A stretch of 64,000 bases of DNA from Schmidtea polychroa. Its lineage: Eukaryota. A program made the translations under genes and the position numbers. Below are positions 30,009 to 39,200 of the stretch, piece by piece. The first letter of the stretch is position 1. Each line of letters opens with the position of its first letter. Location: positions 80,764,397 to 80,828,396 of the forward strand of contig CM097887.1 in assembly GCA_044892525.1 (NCBI GenBank). Reading direction: 5' to 3'. Below the pieces are notes generated by a model, which saw only the letters and a list, made by a program, of their open reading frames with translations, was not told where the DNA came from and did no database searches.

Positions 30009-32696
30009 AATTCAAAAATAGCAGCACCACTAATTGAGTTAACAAAAGCAGTCAAAACAAAGGGAGAGAGTAAAGGAGTGTTAATAGTACAAGAGATTAA
30101 CGATAAAATTAACAAGCCACAAAAGAAATGGAAAGATGAACACCAAAAAGCTTTTGATCAACTAAAAGAAAAATTAATAACAGCACCGATACTAAGATAC
30201 CCAGACTTTAAAAAACAGTTCATTGTCATGACAGACGCCAGCGGGAAGGCCGTAGGGGCAGTCTTAGGACAAGAAGAGGAAAAGGGTAAAGATTATGTAA
30301 TAGCTTATGCAAGCAAAACATTAAAAGGAGCACAGATTAGGTACTCAACAATTGAAAAAGAATGTTATGCTATAGTTTTTGCATTAAAACAATTTAAACC
30401 ATACATATATGGAACTGAAGTAGTAATTAGAACAGACCATAAGCCATTAGAAGGGTTATGGAAACATAAAGATACATCCAGTAGACTGTTAAAATGGGCA
30501 ATGAAAATACAAGACATGCACATAAAGATTGCATACAAACCAGGTAGAATAAACAGGAATGCAGATGCATTATCACGAATTCCAGAGTTAGGAGCACTAG
30601 AAGTTTTTGCATTAGTAACTGAAAAACCAATAGAAATATATGAGGAACAAATGAAAGATCCAGAACTCTTCAAGATAAGAGAAGAAATAAAAAAGGGAAC
30701 TAACCAAAAGTATAAAATCTGTAAGAAGTTAATTGTTATTGAGGATTTTAGTGGTAAACAATTAATAGTAGTACCACAAAGATTAAGACAAATTCTTCTG
30801 TTACAATATCACGATGGTGCTCTAGGAGGTCATTTATCAAGTAGGAAAACAGCAAGCAGATTGATGCAAAAATATTATTGGGACGATTTGAAAAAGGATG
30901 TCAAGAGATGGTGTAATGCATGCACAATATGCGCAACTAGAAAAAACACAAAAACAAAAACTAAAGCACCTTTACATCCAATCCCAGCTACAACATCACC
31001 AATGGAACTGTGCGCAATGGATTTTTTGTGTAAACTACCCACAACAATTAATGGGAATAAACACATATTAGTTTTTAGCGATTATTTTACAAAATGGGCA
31101 GAGGCATTTCCTACAAAAGATGAAACAGCAGAAACAGTAGCTAAATTACTTGTGGAAAAAATAATCTTTAAAATCGGTACACCGAGAAAATTATTAACAG
31201 ATAAAGGGAAAAATTTCATGAGTGAAACTATAAAAAGAGTAGCTAACATATTTAACATGCATAAAATCAACACAACAGCATACCACCCTCAGACCGATGG
31301 TTTAGTAGAGAGATTCAATGGGACATTGCTAAGTAGATTAGCTGTGTTTGTGGGAAAAAACCAAAATGATTGGGATGAATACGTTAATCAATGCACATAC
31401 ATCCATAATATCACACCAAATGAGACAACGGGATATTCACCATATTTTCTAATGTTCTTAAGAGAGCCTGCGACACCGATTGATACAATTTTTGAGCCTC
31501 GAGTATCACAATATTTAGATGCGCCAGATTATGTAACATTAATGCAAGAGAGATTACAAGAGGTATATAAGGTTGCAAATTTAAAAGTTAAATTCAGACA
31601 AGAACAATATAAAGCAGATTACGATAAAAATAGCAAACCTCATAATTTTAAAGTGGGAGATAAGGTTAGACTTATGTCTCCACAAGTAGGAAAAGGCAAA
31701 ACAACTAAATTAGCAAGACCATTTAAAGGACCATATGAAGTAGTAAAAGTAGTACATGAAAACCTGCATTTACAAAAACATAAAAATGAGGATCCGATAA
31801 TAGTACATGTTAATAGATGCAAACTAGCAGAAACAGAGTTAATAGAAAAACCACCTCACAAATATGGATTACGATCACAAAAAGCACTGATGATGGCAAT
31901 GATCTTTTTAACAATTATAGGGCTATGTAAATCAACTGAAGTAGAAAATGAGAGCATACACTCAGTAAAATACATGGAGGAAGATATTTTAATCAACATT
32001 TCACCGTATAAAATTAAAGTATATAACTTGAATAAATCACCCATAAGAGACTTATATCTAGAAACTGGGGACGATATACCCAAGCTTATGAAAAAAATTG
32101 AGAATAGATCAACTAATGAATTTGAAAGAGGAGATCTACAGCCTAACACAAATTACACACTTTGTGCACAATGGAATACCTTAGTTGACACATCACAAGT
32201 AAGGTGCAAAAGAATAAGAACCACTATCACAAACATATATAAGCCCATAGATAATAGCATGCCAACAACCACCATAACAATAACTACCACAAATTCGGCA
32301 TCCACCCAACAGTCATCACAAATGATAACAAACACAGACAGAGAAACGACATTTAAAGTAACTAGACAAGTATATAAAAAATTAATAATAAAAAATCTAA
32401 GACAGTTCGATAGGAAACTGATAAAATTACCTACGGGAAAACCCATAATCATAAATAACTGGGATGAACTAAGAGCATTTCAAGTAAAACCTGCTAAACC
32501 ACGATGGCCTTTCTATGTAATCTCATCAAGCATTTTAGCATTGAGTATTTTAGCTATTATCACCAGTGTTCAAGTGTATAAAAAATACAAATGGAAAAGG
32601 CAGCGGTATCGGCACCGACTGGTCAAAAATGTACCAGGGCATTTTCATTTGGATAAGTATAGGCCAGGACAATACACAATGTCCTCATTGGTTTAA
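30009..32696 (+). CDS. pol: Polyprotein part 2 (same frame, after a single TAA): RNase H, integrase, then signal-like segment, FN3-like domain, Thr-rich stalk, TM, basic tail
   Basis: MTDASG, YASKTL, TDHKPL, ADALSR; HDG...GH..C..C; MDF, TDKGKNF, DGLVER; GPYEV; LQPNTNYTLCAQW; FYVISSSILALSILAII. Confidence 0.9.
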   Translation, partial: NSKIAAPLIELTKAVKTKGESKGVLIVQEINDKINKPQKKWKDEHQKAFDQLKEKLITAPILRYPDFKKQFIVMTDASGKAVGAVLGQEEEKGKDYVIAYASKTLKGAQIRYSTIEKECYAIVFALKQFKPYIYGTEVVIRTDHKPLEGLWKHKDTSSRLLKWAMKIQDMHIKIAYKPGRINRNADALSRIPELGALEVFALVTEKPIEIYEEQMKDPELFKIREEIKKGTNQKYKICKKLIVIEDFSGKQLIVVPQRLRQILLLQYHDGALGGHLSSRKTASRLMQKYYWDDLKKDVKRWCNACTICATRKNTKTKTKAPLHPIPATTSPMELCAMDFLCKLPTTINGNKHILVFSDYFTKWAEAFPTKDETAETVAKLLVEKIIFKIGTPRKLLTDKGKNFMSETIKRVANIFNMHKINTTAYHPQTDGLVERFNGTLLSRLAVFVGKNQNDWDEYVNQCTYIHNITPNETTGYSPYFLMFLREPATPIDTIFEPRVSQYLDAPDYVTLMQERLQEVYKVANLKVKFRQEQYKADYDKNSKPHNFKVGDKVRLMSPQVGKGKTTKLARPFKGPYEVVKVVHENLHLQKHKNEDPIIVHVNRCKLAETELIEKPPHKYGLRSQKALMMAMIFLTIIGLCKSTEVENESIHSVKYMEEDILINISPYKIKVYNLNKSPIRDLYLETGDDIPKLMKKIENRSTNEFERGDLQPNTNYTLCAQWNTLVDTSQVRCKRIRTTITNIYKPIDNSMPTTTITITTTNSASTQQSSQMITNTDRETTFKVTRQVYKKLIIKNLRQFDRKLIKLPTGKPIIINNWDELRAFQVKPAKPRWPFYVISSSILALSILAIITSVQVYKKYKWKRQRYRHRLVKNVPGHFHLDKYRPGQYTMSSLV

Positions 32697-32841
32697 AAAT
32701 AATATAGATAATTTCAATTCCTATTGGTCAATGATAATATTTAAACTCACATATATTTATATTTTTATTTATATTGAAGCGTATAAGGTAAAGCCTCAAA
32801 TGCGCTGTAAATATGTATGTTTATATTGTTTTTTTAGAAAA

Positions 32842-34404
32842 ATGCAATCCAACAATACCAGAGTCAATCCCAAACCATTCAATCCCATACAACGTCCAGT
32901 CCAACAATACAGCTGCTCCATTCAAAAACTATACCACAGTTTCTACAAAAATTTGCAAAATAAAATCACCTCAGACGGCTCACCAATCACCATCAGAAGT
33001 TTCCCTAACCAGGTCTGCATACCCAATGAAATGAAGTGCGAAATCGAAGAAAGAGAAATGCACTTAGTTAAATTTAATGAAGACCGAAGGATAAAGCTGA
33101 GAGATATAATAGGCACCTATGATATGTTCGAAAATGCAGATATCGCAGCAAATGAAGGAAGAAAAGTCCCACATAGAATACTATTCCATATGACCAGAAC
33201 GGAGGTCTCAATTTGCCAACAACGAATCCCAATTATAACAACAAGCAACTGCACGGTGGTGATCAAAACGATGAAGACAAATCGAAGCGTGCCAAACGAT
33301 TTCAACAATTTGGTCATCCAAATGAACAATTTACCCTGTGTGATGGCTATCGAAATTCTATATGTCCCAACCATACCCAATCCTTTCAGAGAATTAGAGA
33401 TGATACAGTCGGAAATCGTGATACATCAGGATTTCATCTCGAAACGGATGTCATTCACACATCAACAGTTGTCAATCCCCGAACGACAAAGGGCAATTAT
33501 GTTCGTCGATGTCAAAGAAGTATGCGACATCAATAACAATCTCAGACCAGTAGAGATATGCATCAGAAATTTTAGAGGAGAAATCGTATACAATAAAAAG
33601 GTGACTCCACGCACCAAAATCCAACATTATTACCCGGAAAAGACAAGAGCAGACAGGGATTCAATAAGAGAAAATGAAGACGAATACCAAGCGCTGATCG
33701 ACATACAGAAGCTGCTACTCGGAAAAATCATTGTGGGATACGAAATAATAAAGAAACTCAAGACGCTGACATTAGATCTGTACAATGTCATGGGAGTCAG
33801 AGAGTTAGCTGAAGATGTGTTCATGTGTTCATTCGTCAAAAATGTAGCACCACACAGAATCAAACTATCGAATCTCGCATACAAGGTAATCGCAACACAC
33901 CCAAAATGGAAGAAAGACAAAGCAATCAACAACATCCTCAGAAAACCCGAACCGTTCTCAGCAGAAGATACAACACTAATCGCAAAAGTCATTTACCTCT
34001 TGGTCGAAAAGCAATGGGAAGAAGTCATAAGGTGGGATATGACAGCATTCCAAAAGGAAAATAATGGCCATCAACTCAGTCCAATAGAAGAAAACAGCGA
34101 TGAGCCAGAAGAATTTGAGGGAGATATATATATCGAACCCTCACAAAGAGAATTGAAATTCAATAAAGATGGGAGCAGACGTACCTTTGAAGATGAACTA
34201 ATAGACAGCGATGATGACATCATATTCGTCAAAGAGGACAAAAAACCACAAGCAATCACAATAAAGGAAGAACCTCAGACATCAAGTAGTTACAACTATG
34301 CTGACCCACAATGTGATTTAGACTCGGATGAAGAATATTTCTCACCGAGCGAAGCAATGCAGATAGATGACGAACTAGGACCAGAGCCAAATGTCGAGTT
34401 GTAG
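32842..34404 (+). CDS. Gypsy accessory ORF3 (520 aa) with degenerate DEDDh (REX4/ISG20-like) exonuclease domain and acidic tail
   Basis: MFVDVKE...VEICIRNFRGEIVYNKKV.P...LLLGKIIVGYEI...LTLDL; long intact ORF inside the LTRs. Confidence 0.65.
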   Translation: MQSNNTRVNPKPFNPIQRPVQQYSCSIQKLYHSFYKNLQNKITSDGSPITIRSFPNQVCIPNEMKCEIEEREMHLVKFNEDRRIKLRDIIGTYDMFENADIAANEGRKVPHRILFHMTRTEVSICQQRIPIITTSNCTVVIKTMKTNRSVPNDFNNLVIQMNNLPCVMAIEILYVPTIPNPFRELEMIQSEIVIHQDFISKRMSFTHQQLSIPERQRAIMFVDVKEVCDINNNLRPVEICIRNFRGEIVYNKKVTPRTKIQHYYPEKTRADRDSIRENEDEYQALIDIQKLLLGKIIVGYEIIKKLKTLTLDLYNVMGVRELAEDVFMCSFVKNVAPHRIKLSNLAYKVIATHPKWKKDKAINNILRKPEPFSAEDTTLIAKVIYLLVEKQWEEVIRWDMTAFQKENNGHQLSPIEENSDEPEEFEGDIYIEPSQRELKFNKDGSRRTFEDELIDSDDDIIFVKEDKKPQAITIKEEPQTSSSYNYADPQCDLDSDEEYFSPSEAMQIDDELGPEPNVEL

Positions 34405-34410
34405 GAGCCA

Positions 34411-34545
34411 ATGTTCATCATCAAAGAGGGAAGATCCACTATCTCGGAAAAAGAAATACATCAACACTTCGGTAGACGAATTATTGATGGTGATGTGTTA
34501 AAATTGGCATTGAAGAAAGATTCCAAAGAGCAACAATGTATATAA
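34411..34545 (+). CDS. Small ORF (44 aa) between ORF3 and the PPT
   Basis: ATG 7 nt after the ORF3 stop; overlaps the next ATG. Confidence 0.3.
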   Translation: MFIIKEGRSTISEKEIHQHFGRRIIDGDVLKLALKKDSKEQQCI

Positions 34546-34748
34546 ACGGTTGCGAAATCGAATTGGTCCTTAGCGATAAAGGTAATGAGGACATTACTTT
34601 ATCGGCCCTAGGAGGAGTGTTGGATGACAGAGGAAGAAGAATTGAAGAGTTTGAACTAACACACTACTATAGAACGGGCAGCAACAAGTTCAGAGTCAAT
34701 ATCTATGTGGAACCCAGACAACCAAAGCCGGACAATTCAAAATATTGA
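34536..34748 (+). CDS. Small ORF (70 aa) spanning the PPT and running into the 3' LTR
   Basis: Open frame with GC-richer, coding-like composition extending about 130 bp into U3. Confidence 0.4.
   Translation: MYINGCEIELVLSDKGNEDITLSALGGVLDDRGRRIEEFELTHYYRTGSNKFRVNIYVEPRQPKPDNSKY
34610..34617 (+). promoter_or_regulatory. Gypsy polypurine tract
   Basis: aggaggag directly before TGTTGG. Confidence 0.7.
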
Positions 34749-35580
34749 CGATTATGTGTTTACTTTATTCATGCTGTGTCATTTGGACTATCCTTTATTT
34801 TACTTATTTTATTTCTTTATGATATTATTGGTGTATATATTAATTCTATAGAAGTTTGTACATATTTTTGAGTAGCTGTTAATTTTTATTTAATATATCT
34901 TTCCGTATACATTTAATATTTTTATAAAAGGGTAAATTAAATCATTAATAATTAGTTTTATAAGTAGAGATAAATAATATAATGAAATAATAATAATACT
35001 ATAAAATAATTAGAAATCTAAATTTTGTTAAAATAATGCACGCAAGTTGTAAGGAAAAATAATTGTAATTATTAAATAATAGAGTAAGAAAAACATCTGG
35101 TTAAATAATATCTGTTAGAGTATTAAGGAAAAACATCTGCTAAAATATATTAAATTCATTTTTTAAGCATACTTAAGAATACTTAAAATATATTAATTAA
35201 ATTCTTAATCATTTTCTCTTAAAAGAAAAAGTATAAATAGCGAGTCAAAATTCATTTTTTTCGCCCCAAAATTTTAACCGCGTTAACATACTAAAAAGGT
35301 TAATCCTTATTAGTGCTAAAACTCGAACAGACAAACAGAAACGTTCAAAAGCCTACACGCAACACAGCAAGAGAACACATAACATTCACACAGTACATAC
35401 AAGCATATTCGGTTGGATATTTAAAGGATTTTTTTGGATTTTTGTAATCTAGCAAACAAATTCATATTTGGTAAATTTTTCATTATAATAAAAGTTTTAT
35501 AAATTACTTCGTCTTTTGATATAATTGTACGTATATAAGAACCAGTAAGTTGAGTGTTCCCGAATATCGAGACCTCAACA
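34618..35580 (+). repeat. Gypsy 3' LTR (963 bp)
   Basis: TGTTG...CAACA followed by TSD ATGT. Confidence 0.95.
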
Positions 35581-36234
35581 ATGTTTTTTGACGCAAAGTT
35601 CGATAAAGTTCCGGACAAATTTATAAAAAAATGAATCATGATAAAGTTTCGAACACATAGTTATTTACACAAAGATAAGAATATTGATCAAAGTTGTTTT
35701 TCAATCATTAGCTCTTGTTTGGGGAATTGGATTGTTGAGTTGTCGATCCGGATTGCAGAGATGGAGGTCTACGAGAAGATTTTATTTATTGACGTTCTTC
35801 GGCGTACACGTTAACTCTGTACTTGTCTGGCCCTCCTCTATAATATTTGTCTAAAGTGAATGCAGTGATGGGTCTACCCTCATCATCTAACACTGGCATG
35901 TTATCAATTAATTTTTAAAAATTACTAAATGATCTCAAATATTTTGCATCATCGAAATTTTGCCCAGTTTCATAATTTTATAACATCACTGATTTCCTGT
36001 TCGACACTTTAATTTTTAACTATTTGCTTAAAATTAAAATTAAAAATTTTTACAATAAAATTATTTTGTGTCAAATTAAGTAAATTGTTTAAATTTCCCA
36101 AAATGTAAAATTTCATTTTAAAATTTATGATTTAATCTCTCATCTTTACAAATATTATGTTGGTGCCAGAATGAAATTTGTGGATTGATAATTGTTTGGT
36201 AAGGCAAATTTTTCTGGTAACATTTCCTTTAAAG

Positions 36235-39200
36235 ATGTGTTGTAATTGCTGTTCAAAACTGTCGAAATGTATTTTATTGTTACTAAATTTAACTTTTACA
36301 GTACGATTTTTCATTCGGTTTACGTTTGAATGAGAATTAGTTATCAGGATTTGTCTTGATTATTTTGTCGTCTATTTACATGGCCAACGGTCAGATGGAG
36401 TATGGAATTGACCTAGTTGACGGTTTCAGCAATAAGGCCACTCTGATTACGGTTTTTGTATTTGGAATCATAATTTCCTCCATATCAATTCTTGGATATT
36501 ATGGTACTGTGAAAAATAGCAGATATTGGTTACGAATTGTAAGATTAATTGACTTGGCATAAGAATATAATTTGTCTATTCAAATTAAGTATCTTTTGCT
36601 TATTTTATTCATGATGTTCATCGAACTCGGAGGAACTATATTTATTGTCACTAATCGAAAGTCGGTGAGTTGATTTTTTGATGAAAACTGATATTTATAC
36701 TTGTTGGGTTAAGAATGAGAGATGTTTAATGAGAAAATAAGGCAAACAAGTTGACTGGAAATGACGTACACAATTTTATACGTTTCATTTCACTCATTAA
36801 AAAATCACAAACTTTATGTTATAGCAAACACAGACTTTATTTTAATTCACTAAGATTTTTATTATTTGGCAGAAAATATATGAAACTTCATGATTACAGT
36901 GCATAGTTAGTTTCCTAATGAAAAGCGGATCAGGGTAGGTAACAAGAGTGAAGTGTAGGTGTCCATTCAGCGTCTATTGATCCAATGTCATTAAAAATTC
37001 AACATTTAAAATTATCTAATTCATGCCACAACAATGAGACTGCTTTCTAAATGATTTTTGGTAAGTTAATTTTAATTTTTAATAAATCAAATTCAACTAA
37101 AAAAACTTTATTTTTAAACACATCAAATCATCACATTGAAAGCGCACAAAACTAAACCACACAATCAAAATCCAATTACACCTATTTCCAATGAATAAAA
37201 GTTTATCAACTAATTCCATAATATTGAAGTTTCTATAATTTAACGAAAAATCGATTAACTTTAGAATAGGAACACACAAACTTACCCGTCTCATTTACAT
37301 TGACAATTTTGGTTTCAATACATGGTCCACTCAAACCTTCGTAAGAAAAAAAGAAATTACATTCCGCAGTAATATAAAGTAACTGAAGACAAAACATGTC
37401 TTTTATATTAGAGATTAGCCACAAATTAATTGTAGGATCCTACAAAATGAATACATAAGAGTTTTATTAATGAATTTACTACAAAATTGAATGGGCCGGG
37501 ATACCATGTCATTCAAGACAATGTTTCATAACTCCAAATAATTACATTGAAGACCTGACACTGTATTGCTCATTCCTCAATCCAATAGAAAGTGTATTCA
37601 GCAAAATCAGGCAGCATCAATAAAGCAATATCTAGAGCAAATGGATTCAGTTCCATGTTCTTTTCAATCAGATTCGACATTATCAAAGAGGCTATAGAAA
37701 ATGAGCTCGATATAATAGATAATAATAAAATCACACTATCAATATGGTGAGAACTTCAGAGATCCTAATAAGATAAACCTAAGTACACAATCGGAAAGCT
37801 TTAAGAACCTTTTAAAATGTCCGAGACATAACTACTCTAATAACATCATTTTGATTATCCTAAGTATTATTAGAACCCTCGAAAGTTTTAAAGTATCATT
37901 ATCCGTACTATGATTAAGATGATTATTGTTGTTATTTTCATTTCTATCACAAATATGATTATTACTTCATATTGTTATTATTAACATTAATATTATTATT
38001 AAGGAAATTCTTGTTATTATTACCTTCATTCTAATGACCATTAGTGTTACCGTTATTATGAGCATTTGTATCATACGATACATATGGTTAGTATGATTAC
38101 CCTAAATTTTGCGACTATTATAATTTTTTATCTAAGAATCACCATCACTTTGAACACAACCATGTCATGTCAACCTTATATAAGACAATAGTTCGATTTA
38201 CTTCCTATTAGTGGGTGGGAAGCCCTAAATAATCGATACAATAAATCAGCAGAGAATCTTTGGTCATCATACTATTCGCATCTAGCGACCCATCAGAAAT
38301 GCGCAGTGGATGTTCGATCAGCCATAATCATGCCTTTAAGTTTTGTTTGACTTTTCTATCGTTCACACCGTTACTAGTTTTATAATTATCATTATTGTTA
38401 ATAACGCTATTCTCGACCTCATGATTATTATTAATTACTAATAATCTCATTAGTAATATAACTATACTTATCATTAATACTAGTACTAACATTAGTGTTA
38501 GAATATTTTTTCTCTATGGGTGGTGTAACTAAGGGATAATTTCGATTATAATATGGTTCATCGTCTGGGAAATTAATAAATGAAAGCATATTCTGGTTTA
38601 GTTTAAGCCTCAGTAACAGTTTAATAAACGTCGTAGTTGATTGTCTATTTCCCTCGCAGCTCCTCTTACTTACTTATTAGAACTCGGGTTCATCATCCTT
38701 TAGAATTGGCAAGTCTGAGTAAGAAATTTCTTACGCCAAATTCAATAATAGCTATCATTACAATCATTGTTACTGCTAGTATTAGGTGACCAGACGTCTC
38801 GCTTTTGGCAGGACAGTCCCGATTTTTCACGATTTATCCCGCGTCCCGAACGTTTTTCAAAAGTCCCGACTTTTAGAATTAAGTTAAATTTTATATTTAT
38901 GAAAATCATTGTTTTTCATTCTAAGAATCCTATAGACCAGTGCTTCTCAAACTTTCTGATGTGGCGTACCGGCAGATGTTTTTGGGAATGTGACTGTTTC
39001 ACTTCTTGCTGATGACTTACATTCCATGTTACATCTTGCTGCTCCACACGTGTGGATCAGGTTGTCAGATGTGTGACATAGAGTAAAATATCAGTCAAAT
39101 CTTTTAATAAAGTGCATACAATAACTGTTTCCAATTAAATTACTACCATGCTGTATTCTTATTAGATAAATAAACAAAAAATATCAGTCACATGACCCAC

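Larger units (their letters stand above)
22655..35580 (+). mobile_element. Full-length Ty3/Gypsy LTR retroelement with envelope and accessory ORFs (12,926 bp)
   Basis: LTRs 22655-23384 and 34618-35580 with TGTTG...CAACA termini; 4-bp TSD ATGT (22651-22654, 35581-35584); PBS; PR-RT-RH-IN order. Confidence 0.96.

Noticed and set aside
32566-32841. N-terminal extension of ORF3 from a GTG start
   Set aside because: Overlaps the previous ORF and an AT-rich spacer; ATG 32842 in aaaaATG context is the more plausible start.
37900-38780. ATT-rich quasi-periodic tract
   Set aside because: Consistent with a decayed (ATT)n microsatellite field; no stable repeat unit or ORF.
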